Below are positions 46,318-62,260 of a stretch of DNA of 64,000 nt, piece after piece. Made by a program: the position numbers and the translations under genes. Source of the DNA: Eledone cirrhosa (taxonomy: Eukaryota); the NCBI GenBank assembly GCA_964016885.1, contig OZ024745.1, positions 16,306,001 to 16,370,000 of the forward strand, in the 5' to 3' direction. The stretch's first letter is position 1; the number at the start of each line of letters is the position of its first letter. The notes below the pieces were generated by a model that searched no databases, was not told the DNA's origin, and saw only the letters and a program-made list of their open reading frames with translations.

Positions 46318-46632
46318 ATATTTATATTTATATATATATTTATATTTATATATATATATATATGAGTATGTATATATACACATATATGTATGTGTGTGTT
46401 TTATAGAGTTAATATGTATGTACCAGCAATTCTTTCATGTTCAACACACGGTCGCAGCTCAGATCACATGACAAGTACATTTGCTGATACACATTTGATA
46501 ATACAATTTCTCAAGCTGAAATTATGTTATCAAGTAACATATACATACTTACATGAATACATAAATGTATCAATATATTAATATATATATACACACACAC
46601 ACAGATATATATATATATATATATATATGTTG

Positions 46633-46663
<31 letters not shown>

Positions 46664-46778
46664 AGCAAAGAGATATTTAATTTGTTGGTTATTCAACAAA
46701 TTTATTTATAACAGATTCGAAGCACTCTACAGTTTTTCTGCAGTATAATATCAATGATATTAATAAATGGAAACTATA

Positions 46779-46833
46779 TTTATAATATATATTTCAAGGG
46801 TACCACAATTCTGGTACACTCTCATCAGATAAA
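46779..46833 (-). ncRNA. Type I hammerhead ribozyme, related to the 35-39 kb family
   Basis: tttat-CTGATGA-gagtgtacca gaattg tggtaccctt-GAAA-tatatA-TT-ataaa; flanks resemble 35205-35330. Confidence 0.7.
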
Positions 46834-47376
46834 ATACAAAATTTGTTTCATAAATGGTGACATACCCAAGAAACCAGACCTTATCGGTTCACGTTCAGTT
46901 TGGATAGTGAAAGAAAAATTTCAAATCTTGAGGATGAATATGTAAATGAGGTTGAAACGTAAGGCTGAAAAAAGATCGTTATATTTAGACCCTAGGTAAA
47001 TTAAAATAATTATTAGGATAATTTATAAATGGAAGAAGAAAAAAGAAAAAAAGAGCGGCTAATATTAATATTAGGGTAATATTAATATTAGGGTAATATT
47101 AATATTAGGGTGAAAATTTAAGGAATAATTATAAGAAAAAATGATAGTTAGAAATACACTATTATTATTAAGATAAAATTGTATGTATCATATCAGTGAT
47201 GGTGTAAAGAGAGTGTTATAATTATATTTAATTATTTAATGATATAATCATATATTTTGGTAGTATCTATAAAATAATATGAGATTTAAAAATGTGTTGA
47301 AGTGGTAGAATACCAATTTAAAACTTTAAAAAAATTGAGATATACAACAAATTATTGGATCTATTCAAATCATGAG

Positions 47377-47429
<53 letters not shown>

Positions 47430-47895
47430 TAATAAATACACACACACAGACACAGACACACACACACAGATACACACACATACATACACACACACATATA
47501 TATATTAACACACACACGGACACAACCATATATATAATTTAAGTATATCAGCAACATAGCAGACAATTGAAATATTTATGGAGAAAATGGTGAGGTGCAA
47601 TATCTCTAACAAGCAAAAATATTACATTATTACATATTATTAACCTAGTTTCAGCTATCATTATAGAGGACACAGAATATTTGGAGAGAATAACAGCGCA
47701 AAAATACTGAGATTAGATTTTTATTTACAGACTTTCAAACGGAGAGATAAGATGGAAGCAGTAAAGATAACATCAATTATGTGTGTGAACAGATAAAGCG
47801 GTTTTGTGGAAGAGAGACGTGTTCATATTGCCAAACATATGTTATCAGACATCAGGTTTGCATAGTTGGCGAGAGGGAGGGAGAGGGAGAGAGAG

Positions 47896-47938
<43 letters not shown>

Positions 47939-48164
47939 TGTGCATCTAATTAGAGGCAATGTACACACATGCAAACATGCACATACACCCCCTCCCCACA
48001 CATATATATATATAGTAATTGTTTCTACTTTAGGCACAAGGCCACAAATTACCCAGTACATTACTGGAAGACTAAAATCCAAAGAGGGTTCGATAAGAGT
48101 TTCAGAAGATCCCGTTAAGGGTGAAAGCAGCGATTCTTTGCTTAAACTTTAATCTGTTATTTTA

Positions 48165-48191
<27 letters not shown>

Positions 48192-48200
<9 letters not shown>

Positions 48201-48784
48201 CACATGAATCAAAGTTCTGTTCAAACCATTTATTAGCTTACAATTGTTTCGTCCAAACCGAGGTTTGGGTCTTCGGAGCAATTTTTCAATGATTGTTTAC
48301 ATACATGACCTCCTTTCCAACACAAGAGACATACAGAAACATATGTATATATCGATGCACAGCTTCTTTATCATACATAAAAAATGCTTTACCAATACAA
48401 CCCCCATAATACTCTTGATTACCCGCTTAAAGTGCTTGTATTGCATATAACACCTTGCCGCACAATAATCTGATATAAATAAGACACACGTGCATGCCCC
48501 ACGTGTAACTATTGCATACACTAACTTCTTCAAACTATCCTCTTGCATTATCTTCGTAAACTGCCGATGTTGTATTTTAACTTTAATTTTGTTTTAATTT
48601 TCTTTTAATATGATTTTAATTTTTGAATGTAAATTGCCATGCTAAAATATTATAATGGATGTCACCCCACTGTGCATCGATATATACAAAATTGCTCCGA
48701 AGACGCCAAACCTCGGTTTGGACGAAACAATTGTAAGCTAATAAATGATTTGAACAGAACTTTGATTCATGTGATTTCTATATA
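48192..48784. mobile_element. Element with about 95-bp inverted termini, each holding a CCGAAGA-core hammerhead-like motif
   Basis: Arms 48192-48285 and 48688-48784; gct-CCGAAGA-..ccaaacctcggtttggac-GAAA-caattG-TA-agc. Confidence 0.65.
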
Positions 48785-48939
48785 ACTGCTCTGTAGAACA
48801 ACTGAAGTTATTACATTGAGCTATTTATCTTACTGGTAATAAGGTAGTAATAAATTACTGTCTTTCACTGTTTAGGGCTTAAAATATTTATAACTATAAA
48901 AAGTTTTAGTATATACATAACCATAAATAGTATCCTTAA

Positions 48940-49021
<82 letters not shown>

Positions 49022-49241
49022 AGTGTAATTTTCTACACAAAACGAAGGTTATAGAGAAAATTGAGGTTGGTAATGGCACATGGAATATATAAGAGACAGA
49101 ACACCTCCCTGTTGTACAAACCTGGCTGGACACAGAACACTGCACAAACATTCTATATATATAATGTCTGCGGTGCCTAGGACCAGGGAGACCACAGACC
49201 AAGACAGTACTCTATGCATGAGAAGAAGCAGAGTGGGTATA

Positions 49242-49284
<43 letters not shown>

Positions 49285-49329
49285 AATATATATATAGTAA
49301 AGGTAACCATATATATATATATATATATA

Positions 49330-49572
49330 TATGGCAATACACTGCATGTCCAATTAAAAACAATTAGAAGACCATTCGCTATGAGTTTCAAAGTAGTGAC
49401 CATTTCACCCACCCATTCTCGGCAAAAACAACAGAGAGCGGCCGACAGACAGTCTGTTTCTCGCTTGTGAGCGTTTATCAAGACCACACATTCAGTTGCC
49501 TTTGCCGTGAACTACAGAGGCTTGATTTTATGGAGACTGTTTTTCATTGGACATGCAGTGTATTACCAAATA
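49330..49572. mobile_element. MITE with about 30-bp terminal inverted repeats
   Basis: aatacactgcatgtccaattaaaaaca versus tgtttttcattggacatgcagtgtatt; TA-flanked. Confidence 0.7.
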
Positions 49573-49628
49573 TGCTATACATACATTCATGTATACATCT
49601 CGCTATTTCAGAGCACCAGTATTAATAC

Positions 49629-49692
<64 letters not shown>

Positions 49693-49736
49693 ACTAGAAA
49701 TCGATTGACACACACACATATATTTATATATATAAA

Positions 49737-50018
49737 GAAAAAAAGATGAAATCAAAAATGCAACTGGAGTCTTATTTAAGAAAATATATATATATTTATT
49801 CGGTTCCTTTACCGGTTTCGCAGTTCTTCTGCTTTTCAAAAGTAGAGTTGAGATGGAGGGTCTGTGGTTTTTCTCACATCTGGTTGGTCTTTGAATGTTA
49901 CTTGTTTTATATGGAAAAAAGTGGCTCGAAAAGCCAGGTTTTTAGAGAAGTAATTTGATTGGCTGGTCAATAATTATAATAAATTTCGCGCCAGTTCGCG
50001 TTACAAAGTTCTTCAAAC
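49737..50018 (-). mobile_element. Penelope pLTR-like fragment with a U3-A8 hammerhead (49807-49842)
   Basis: ctt-TTGAAAA-gcag aagaa ctgc-GAAA-ccgG-TA-aag; homologous to 5640-5785. Confidence 0.6.
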
Positions 50019-50020
50019 AG

Positions 50021-51223
50021 ACTCCCTGATGACCTATGGAATTCTCTATAGTTACATTATGTAACTATATTTATCCCCATACAGAAACTAATTAGTTGGA
50101 GTGAACATTTTAGTAAGTAAGTTGATTTCTAATTTTTAAAATTTTCTTATTTTACGTCTTTCATATAATTGTTCTGCATCCCCCTTCATAGAACCACAAA
50201 GGTACTAAGACATAACATATATATTTGCTAGCATAGGTAAACATCTGTACACATATGTTGGTAAATGTACTAATTCTCTATATTTATCTCCAAATTATTT
50301 GTTGAGCAAAACTTGCCAAAATTTACTGCTGATTCATGGTAGTAGTAGGCTCTCGTCATAATACCACCCCGCTCCTAACTGATTAACCTCAGTGTCACAT
50401 GATTGATTCTTTAGAATCTACCACTGACCAGGGGCAGTGAATTTTTCTGTGCTCCGGAATTTAGTCCTCGCTAGCTTTATTCCATCCACTGAATTATTAT
50501 TATTTTTATATGGGTTCCTAGTGTCCGTGCATCGCCTGGGAACTTAGCTGAGAATAGAATCCCTGATGACGTATGGAATTCTCTATAGTTATATTATGTA
50601 ACTATATTTATCCCCATACAGAAACTAATTAGTTGGAGTGAAAATTTTAGTAAGTTGATTTTTAATTTTTTAAATTTTCTTATTTTACGTCTTTCATATA
50701 ATTGTTCTGCATCCCCCTGCATAGAACCACAAAGGTACTAAGACATAACATATATATTTGCTAGCATAGGTGAACATCTGTACACATATGTTGGTAAATG
50801 TACTAATTCTCTATATTTATCTCCAAATTATTTGTTGAGCAAAACTTGCCAAAATTTACTGCTGATTCATGGTAGTAGTAGGCTCTTGTCATAATACCAC
50901 CCCGCTCCTAACTGATTAACCTCAGTGTCACGTGATTGATTCTTTAGAATCTGCCACTGACCAGAGGCTGTGAATTTTTCAGTGCTCCGAATTTAGTCCT
51001 CGCTAGCTTTATTCCATCCACTGAGTTATTATTATTTTTATATGGGTTCCTAGTGTCCGCGAATCGCCTGGGAACTTAGCTAAGAATAGACTCCCCAATG
51101 ACGTATGGAATTCTCTATAGTTATATTATGTAACTATATTTATCCCCATACAGAAACTAATTAGTTGGAGTGAAAATTTTAGTAAGTTGATTTTTAATTT
51201 TTAAAATTTTCTTATTTTACGTC

Positions 51224-51230
<7 letters not shown>
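50021..51230 (+). mobile_element. Tandem ~535-bp hammerhead-containing non-coding repeats (retrozyme-like), locus 1
   Basis: Hammerheads at 50021-50102 and 50558-50639, and a mutated one at 51090-51171 (CCAATGA); unit lengths 537 and 532. Confidence 0.85.
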
Positions 51231-51289
<59 letters not shown>

Positions 51290-51749
51290 CGAAGGAAGTG
51301 TGGTAAGGAGCCAGGTGGACCAAAACGCACCAGAGTTTTCGATACTTTGGATAGTAGAGTGGGTAATAGGGAAATGTTCAGGACCCCGACGGCAAAGCTC
51401 AAGCCGTTTCGACGGCTATTTCTGGACAGCTAATTCGAGTCCAGAAATAACCGTCGAAACGGCTTGAGGTCTGCCGTCGGGGTCCTGAACATTTTCCCAT
51501 ATATATATACATACACACACACGCACATGCATATATATATATATATATATATTGTTCTACATAGAGATGACTTCTTCAGCACTAGAACTGTTTCATTCCT
51601 ATGAATCATGAAGACATTCTTGATGATTTCACACGAATGAAACAGTTCTATTCCTGTAAAAGTAATTTCTATATATAATAATTACACCTATCCTCTACCA
51701 ATGTATTGAGTAACCTTTTTTAACTGTGGATACCCCCGAGACAACTCGG

Positions 51750-51910
51750 GAGCGTCAGACACCATGCTTCGCAGCATAGTTATGGCCCTTTGCGTTCTGA
51801 GTTCAAATCCGCCGAGGTTAACTTTGCCTTTCATCCTTGCGAGGTCAATAAAATAAAGTACCAGTGATGCACTGGGGTAATCGCTGGCCTTGTGCCAAAA
51901 GTAGAAACTA
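51750..51910 (+). mobile_element. SINE family A
   Basis: gagttcaaatccc..ctttgcctttcatcc..ataaagtaccag..gccttgtgccaaaagtagaaac. Confidence 0.8.
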
Positions 51911-52752
51911 TACTATATATATATATTGCATTCGTTAGCTTGGCTGCAACCAGAGCTTGGATGATGCTGTACTAAATTTTGTATATATCTATATATATAA
52001 ATAAATACAAAATATTCTTTCCATTCAAACTAATATCTGGACGGCATCTTTAGTGCGCGTGTGTATCCCTTGTATCAAGAGAACAGAATAGTATTTTGAG
52101 GGGTTGTAGATAATAGTAAGGATAAAAATACAAACATTTTACACCTTAATACTGGGACCAATTCTTCCGCCATCTTAAATTTTGCCTTTCTCTATCTCTC
52201 TCGTCCTTTCTCTGAAAGACACTCGCTGGGTTATGACCTTAGCTGAAATTCCCAACTTACACGTAACTACAAAGGAATATGCCATAAAACCTTTTTTTTT
52301 GTGTTTTAATGTTAAGAGTTCTAGGCCTGTTTGAAAAATCTTGGAAAGAAAGGATAAAGGATAAAGAACCCATAAACCTATGATAGAGTTAAGCACCCTA
52401 ACCAACAGGCCGAACACACACCATCCCTTTCCTGCTAGTTTACAATGATTTCTACTTTGAAAATTTGTTTGCGTTTAAGTCGAACTGTTTGTTTTGTTCA
52501 AAGACTGCGCTTTTCATATCGCCGGATTCTTTGCGATTTTGAAAGAACCCTTGCTTCAGGCTTTCTTTGATTTCGGATATGTTTTTGCTATTTTATATTC
52601 CCATAGCATTTTCCCTTCTTTCTTCTTTCTCTCGGTTATGTCGTTTCCTTATTGATTTCATTAAAGAATGAGAGACGATTTCCCTTGTTTCGTTTCATTA
52701 ATTTTTATGTTGGTTTGCTACGTTATTTACTTGGATTTTGAGTCCAATGTTA

Positions 52753-52804
<52 letters not shown>

Positions 52805-52957
52805 ATTATTATCATCATCATCATCATCATCATCGACGTCGTTGTTGTCGTTGTTGTTGTTTTTGTTTCTTGCCCGAAGTAGAATAGCAGGAGAGAGAAT
52901 TCAACTGTTCTATTTTTGGCAGGCAATGCTCACGTGAGGGTGTTAGAGAGAGAAAGG

Positions 52958-53070
<113 letters not shown>

Positions 53071-53496
53071 AATGTAGAAAATCTCGTCAGCAGAATATAA
53101 CTGTGAACACAGTCGATTTCTTTAAAAATAGCTTAGAAATCAGGTAAAATACTCCTGTAGACTTAAGGAATTCTTTAGGAATCACCTTATATAGAGAAAA
53201 CACAAATAAAGATTATAAAATGCAACTTAATGTTTTTATATATGCAAATTTACTACATGTATGTATGTATGTGTGTATGTATGTATTATGTATGTATGAA
53301 CGTATGCATGCAAATTTAATACAGGTATGTATTTATATATGTATGTATGTATTCTTTTTTCTTCTGTTTCACTTCCTTTTTTTTTTACTCAGGACGTAGC
53401 CCGAAACGTTATATATTATCTTAAATGTATTAAACCAATACTCTCAATTTGTGACATTCCGCCGTTTTACATTCGTATTTCTATTCCATTCTTCAC

Positions 53497-53616
<120 letters not shown>

Positions 53617-53778
53617 GATTCGGTGAGAATCGCATTTCGGCGGGCAGGAAAGGCGAAGTGAAACGCAAAAATCAGAAATGATACTGGCAAAGTGCTCAAT
53701 AGTTAAAAACCAGAGCTAAACAATGTGTTAGGAAGCCATACAAAACTGAAATATATATATATATACACATATACATGC

Positions 53779-55067
<1,289 letters not shown>

Positions 55068-55384
55068 TATACATGCATATGTATGTTTAAATGTCCATGT
55101 GTTTATTCATTCTTGTTCTTGTATAGCAAATAAATAAATAAATGTTAGATATTGTGAGAACTAATGACGTCATTGACACATCTGTTCAGCAGTTACAATG
55201 AGAAGCCCCATTCAACAAGAACTTTTGCAGTTCCCCCAAACCAAATTACCTTTCACCTTTCATCTAACACATACCTATGTATGGTGTGTATCTGACAATA
55301 TACTTAGTTTTACGATACAAGGATGGACATGATTGATGAGGATGAATCTAATTAGTTTGGAAGTAAAGGGAAGTCAGACTGGTT

Positions 55385-55550
<166 letters not shown>

Positions 55551-55749
55551 TATACTCAAAAAGAGATATAAATTCCCCGCAGAACCTGAAACCAACTAAG
55601 TTCCTTCTACTACAATGTAGCACGGCTATTTATCATATGCTTGTATTTAAATAACTGATATATTTTATATGATACACGATTGGGAGCCAATTACTTATTA
55701 TTAATCTCTCTCTATCTCTCTCTTTCTCTTTCTCTCTCTCCCTCTCTCT

Positions 55750-55796
<47 letters not shown>

Positions 55797-56379
55797 CTCT
55801 TTAGTTCCCAAGTGGAGTATTACACTTTGTTGAACCTTTTGACATATTCAAAGGTTATGTACTGGGAATAGTTTCAATGTATATGCCAATTAACTTAAAA
55901 TATTCCTAGTTTACAGGATCAAGTTATAATAGAGATATATCTTATGAATTATACTAAGAACGTCAGTCAAAATCGAAGATGACTTATTAACAAGAATATC
56001 ATGCTTTTGTTAATGGTTTTAGGTGTCTATGTTACCGCAAGTATATACAACCACACGAGTACCATGCTTTTGTTAATGGTTTTAGGTGTCTATGTTATCA
56101 CAAACATATAAAACGAAACATTTACGATATAACAGCAAGATATTGGGGGGGGGGGGGGGGGAGAAGACTATCTTAGGACTGCTCTGGTAATTTTTTTATC
56201 GACCCAGAACAGAAGGAAAGACAAAACAATCCTCAGCAATATGTGAATACAGAAGGCACAGAGGCACAGAGCCGAAATACTTATCACGCCGCATTCTATG
56301 CGACATTCTAACGACCCCACCAATCAGCTGACTACGCATTTTCTAAATTAGTTATCCGAATATATTACTAACTATCGAC

Positions 56380-56647
56380 CACCTTGTCTAAAATCTATGG
56401 CAAACTCCCTCGAGCCTCTGCCCTTCTAAAATCCCGGAGAGCTCAATTTGCTGGCCAGTCATCGTGCCAGCAATGAAATCATATCCGCTCTCTTGCTCTG
56501 GCACCCTGACTCCAGCCTGACTAGGAGTAGGAAGCTGTCATTCCCTGACGTTATCTCTAGGGATACGGGAATCGGTAGACAGGACCTGGGGGCAGCGATG
56601 GGGGACAGGGAATTCTCGACAGTAGTCGACGAATGATGATGATGATG
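56380..56647 (+). mobile_element. 5'-truncated RTE-type LINE 3' end
   Basis: YGKLPRASALLKSRRAQFAG..LLLWHP..DTG..AMGDR; (GAT)n tail; 10-bp TSD aactatcgac at 56370-56379 and 56648-56657. Confidence 0.8.
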
Positions 56648-56754
56648 AACTATCGACAGTCGATCGACTTTTTGTCAAATCGGACCGAGGAAACTATGTT
56701 TCCATTGGTCTTTCTAATTGCTAATACTCTCTATCGGTCGCAACTCCAGGCAGA

Positions 56755-56875
56755 AAGAGCAACGTGAGATAAAGTGTCTTGCCCAAGGACACAACGAATC
56801 GCCTGGTCCGGGAATCGAACTCACAACGTCACGATTACGAATCCAATTCTCTAACCACTCAACCACGCGCCTTCA
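56755..56875 (-). mobile_element. SINE family B (partial)
   Basis: Reverse of ggcgcgtggttgagtggttagag..gagttcgattcccggaccagg..gtgtccttgggcaagacacttt. Confidence 0.75.
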
Positions 56876-57479
56876 CTATACTATATAAAATACTAACTAT
56901 ATAAAATACATAACCGAGAGAATGTATTTTGAAGCGTTGAGAATATATAATTAATGTAAAGGATGATATACTCATAGGCTGAGATGCTATAAAATAGCTT
57001 ATAAAATAGGTTGAATACCCTTAAAAGACGGAAAAGAAGTTGACATACGAAATTATTTTATAGCATCTCTGAGCGCGAGCACACCATCCTTTATATCAAC
57101 ACCATTACCTAACTTGAAGATGTATGAATTTTGTAAAGTAATATCTGTTGAATACTTTAGTGGCACTGATGATGTAAATAACAAATTATTTTGTTGACAG
57201 AAAAAGTAATTGAAACCGCACTATTTTTAGAGGACTTGTAAAAGAGTGAATTCTTAATCTACTTTGCCGTAATATACTTACTTAATCTTCCAGTGATTTG
57301 AAATTACTGATTTCTCTGTGTAAGTATCTGGCCTACATCAACCAGGCAGCCATAGGTCCTTTAGAGACAGATTTTTATGAAGCATGACGCATTGATTAAA
57401 ATTAAATTAACCATTTAGCAATAATAATAATTAATTAATTGTAAAACTGTAGTGTCATCAACTAAAAGGAAAATACTAA

Positions 57480-58140
57480 TTACAACAACGGTAAGAAGCA
57501 GCAAAACAACAACAAGAACAATAGCAACAACAAATATATTTGTGCTACAACAACAGTACCAACAACAATAGCAATAAGAAAAATATTTCAATTAGAACAA
57601 CAACAGCAACAACAAAGCTATTTGAGCTAGAACAACAACAACAGCAACAGCAGCATCACCAAAGATATTTGATTTGGAACAACAACAACAACAACAATTA
57701 CGACAGCCACAACAAAAACATTTACAATAACAGCAACAACAACACCAAACAGGAAAATAACAATAACAATTATGACGACAACAACGACAACAACAACAGC
57801 AGCAACAACAAGTTCGACAACAACAACGCCAAAAAGGTTGACAACAACAAAGACAACAACAGCACAACAAGGTCGACAACAAGAACGACAGCAAGAACGA
57901 CAACAACAACAACAAGGTCGACAAAAACAACGACAACAACAACAACAAGGTCGACAACAACAACAGTAAGGTCGACGGCAACAACAACAACAACAGCGAC
58001 AAAAAACCAACAACAACGACGACAATAACAGCAGCAGCAACAGCAACAATAACAACAACAACAACAACAACAACGACGACAACAACAACAACAGTAATTA
58101 AAACAAACTGCAGTTCTTGCAGAAGCAACTTAGAACTAAA
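57480..58140. repeat. (AAC/GAC/AGC)n low-complexity tract
   Basis: Direct reading; explains the ORFs at 57540-58179. Confidence 0.9.
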
Positions 58141-59089
58141 AGTGAAAAAAAAAAGCACCACAAAACCAAACAAAATCAAAAAGAAATGTAATTAAATATA
58201 AAAAAGAATAATATATTTAAGTTAATTTATTTAAAAAGAAAACAAATGATTAAAGATATTTAATTACGCGATAATAATTAAATAAGCTTAGTTAATCACC
58301 TCGAAAAGGGAACGGCTGAATGACTGCAGCTAAAGTACGAACAAGATATGACGAGGATAACAACGCTGATATATGTAGAATGGATCTCCGTCGGTTCAGT
58401 CGATCAGTGTTACTGTTGCTCCATCAACAGAAATTAAAGTGTTCGAAATGTGACTGGGATTGCCACAACTACGTGTACCTTTGATAAAATTCTCAAGGTG
58501 ATTCCGTGTTCCGAAATGTGGGGGATAAAAGTGACCTTTTGAAATACGAGTACAGTCTAACTAACGACCTACGTTTACCAAAATTCTATCATAAGGAGTG
58601 TTCAAGTGGATAAACAGGGAACTATATTACATACTGTGGTCAATTCTTCCTCTCTAACTCTTTTCCACTTCCTTTCTGTCATTTCCTATCCTTACTCATG
58701 AAGAAATCTGCTGTACTCAGGCCTGGGAATGGAATGGGCTCCGCCAGGGTTTAAATACCCAGGAAACGCCGTATGTCGCTACGGTGCCCTTACAATTTCA
58801 TCAGAAGTTACGGAACCATGCCATGCCCATCTTTATATTCAATGTATATATTTATATATACATTTACGCAGTCAGTTGTTCCCTCTATACATTATATATA
58901 TATATATATTTATATATACACATTTATCGTTTACTTCAGCTGTTTAGCCTACACCTAAATAACGTAAACTACCAATACGAGTGGTAATGATATGCAAATT
59001 AGTAGGTCTATTTTAGTGATAGATTATATAGGCCCCTCAGTTATGTATTTCCCTGTGAATATTTAGTTGATATACATATGTTCTGATCA

Positions 59090-59465
59090 GAAACCAATGA
59101 GATCGGTGTGGAAGTCGGACCTTCATAAGGACCCGAAGAGGCGACTCTTCGTCGCTACGTTGGAGTCTGTGCTGATGTACGGATCTGAGACTTGGACACT
59201 GACCAAGAGACCCGCTCAGATAGTGGATGGCTGCTACAAAAGGATGCTGAGGATGGTTCTGAACATTAACCAGTAAGCATTGAAGATGAAGAACTCAGAG
59301 ATGTACGGGAGCCTCCCAAAAGTCAGCTCGAAGTGACACAAAGGAGACTGAGGTTAGCTGGACATTCTCACTGACATTCAGAGGTGACACTGCACTCAGT
59401 GGTTCTGTGGGATCCCCTACACGGACATACTAGAACAGCGACACTGAGGATGACATATGCTGATG
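59090..59465 (+). pseudogene. RTE-type LINE reverse-transcriptase C-terminal relic
   Basis: LESVLMYGSETWTLT..DGCYKRMLRMVLNI, then YGSLPKVS..RRLRLAGH..LWDPLHG with stops and indels. Confidence 0.8.
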
Positions 59466-59522
59466 ATCCCACTTAAGGTGAAAGCAGAAATTGTTTGCTT
59501 AAACTTTTAACTGTTCTGATTA

Positions 59523-60421
59523 TCTATATATATGAAACTGAGGATGTCTGTCTTTGTGTGTGAGTTTGAATCCCTAAAACTCGAGAAGCACCCAACCGAC
59601 TGTTTTCAAGCTTTACACATGTAATACTTATGTTTCAGGGAGTGTTCTGGGCACAATAAATTTCAAATTTTCAATGCCCTCGGGACCACATTAGGCGATT
59701 TAGCGATCTCTCTCTATAATTCTTAGTCTTTCTCTTATTAGATAGATACATACATATAACGTCGCGCCCTTATAATATCTGTCTGTATGTCTGGCTGTCT
59801 GCATTACGTCACTTCCCTGAGGATGTCTGTCTGTGTGTGTGTGTGTGTGTCTGTGAGTTTGAATCCGTAAAACTCGAGAAATACCCAACCAAATTTTTTC
59901 AATACATGTGTATTTCTTATGTTTCAGGGAGTGTTATGCACATAAAAACTTCAACTTTTTGATCCCCTAGTTGATCCATTAGTTGAAAAACTGCGTTTTT
60001 TCAGGTTTTTAGGGGTTTTTGAGTCGTTACGTCAGACTGATTTCCTTGAAATTGTAACTATGTATTAATCAGTCTCTTCTTCATACCGTGAGCAAAGAAA
60101 TTCCAACTTTTTTTTATGGCTTTAGGTGAAAAACTTCATTTTTTCAGCTTTTTAGGGCTCTTTGGAGGCGTTACGTCTAATTTCAAGGCATATTATGCGC
60201 ATAAGAAAATGTATTTTCTTGATCCCTAGGGCTCGCATTAGGTGAAAACCTGCATTTTTCCTGCTTCATCGAGGAAAATCTTAAAGATTATCCAGCCATC
60301 AGAGTATTCGGTTTATTTTCTTTACATATTGTCCAGGCATGCACTTTTTCCACTATTAGGTCTGTTGGCGGCCCGCTTTCCAAAGTACCTTATCCCGTGC
60401 AACGCCGGGTACCACTGCTAG
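59523..60421 (+). mobile_element. Non-autonomous Helitron, copy 2
   Basis: A|TC 5' end, subterminal cccgtgcaacgccggg hairpin, CTAG|T 3' end; reverse complement of 15856-16831. Confidence 0.85.
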
Positions 60422-61056
60422 TGTATACACACACACACACACACATACACACACACACATATATATATAGCTATTTATATATTTCTCTATGTGTTTATGC
60501 ATCCATTAGATAATAATCACACTCTTTACCAATATATATGTCTGACTATCTGTTCTTGTAATTCCTCTACTAACTGACAAAGCTTTTTCTGGTCGAAAAT
60601 ACATTTTGATTGGTTATGACTGTGGAATATCTCGAATCATCTATTGCGACATTCCTATTAATAGCATGATCATCTAATCGATAAATCAATCGAATCTGGT
60701 CGATATTTGTAAAATCTTTGAACCATTTCGATGTTATCGTTCCGAAACGTTCAAATAGCTAAGTATTTCATTGTATAACAGCGAAACATTCCAACATTGA
60801 ATAGCAATTTGTTTCCTTTAGCCATTTCTATATGAAGATGAAATCCTTCTGGGGGCCTTTGATAATATCGAGACTTTTGATAACTCTTGTTACTTTGATG
60901 TGGGTGGGTGTTTGGGCCTTTAATAAAAGATAGTCACAGCTGTGGTGCCTTTGACGATAGGTCTGTACAATCAAGGTCAACCTTGGGTGAAATTACAACA
61001 GACCAATTACAAATTATTACCAATATGGATATTTTTATTTCCGTTAGGCTTGAGAG

Positions 61057-61190
<134 letters not shown>

Positions 61191-61859
61191 AAGGGCAGAG
61201 ATAAAGGAAGTGAAAAAGAGAAAGGAGAGAAGCAGAAGTGATCCCATTATTGGCCTGGTACTTTATCGACTTTGAAGGGATGAAAGACAAAGTTCACCTC
61301 AGCAGAGAACCGGAACGAATATCACAATGGTTTCTCTCGGATGTTTTAACAATTTTTATGTGATTGTAAACATGTCGAGTGTTTGCTATATCCTTGTAGA
61401 GATTGATAGGGTGTTTTAGTTACAATTACTATAACTTAGTTAAATCATAGACTGACCAGAGCAATAACCCATCAAATCTAGATATCTGAAATACAGGGTA
61501 GATAATAGCAATTGATAATTAAAGATCTGTCGTCTGTATTCTTTAGCTGTTTCAAACACACCAGGTAGGAAAATGATAAAAAAGCATTCCCCAAACTGTT
61601 GTAAAACATCCAGCGTCCTATGGAAGGAAGAAATCTCTAATTCTTATCATTATCATTCTTTTCCTATTTTTTGTTCAATCTCCAGAGAACCTGACATAAA
61701 CAAGCACTTTTCTGTAAGAGTCTTGAACATACATGGTTTATTAATGACCCTGGTGATGATCATGTAGATGTAGCAATTCACAGCATACGATGCAGGCACA
61801 CTGAATTTGTTTTTTATAATTTTTGGTTTTCAATTAGTGGATATTGATTATATTTGTAA

Positions 61860-62260
61860 TAATTATTCATTTCTGACATTGACACAAGGTCAGCAATTTG
61901 CGAAAGGACCTTAATACTTAACTTGAACTTATTTTATCGACCACGAATGGATGAAAGGCAACGTTGACCTTGGTGGAATTTGAACCCAGAACATAGAAAG
62001 TCATAACTAAATAGCACAAAACATGTTTTCTGACGATCTAACAATTGTTCTTTAGAACAACATGAGATCCTCTTTTGCCATTGATTGATTTAACATTATC
62101 TTTTACGTTTTCTATATGCTTATTTAAGTCGTTAGAACGTCAGATAGAATGGTTTGTGGAATTTGTTTCGACTCTCTGCTTTCTAAGTTCAAATCCCGCC
62201 TAGTTCAACTTTGCCTTTCATCTAATCGATGTCGATAAAAATGTACCCGTCCAGTACTGG
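61860..62260. mobile_element. Two degenerate SINE family A copies, head to head
   Basis: Minus copy about 61860-62045 and plus copy about 62125-62260, both with the family core. Confidence 0.6.

Noticed and set aside
47060-47110. TTAGGG-containing repeat
   Set aside because: Three 17-bp units (taatattaatattaggg); not a telomeric array
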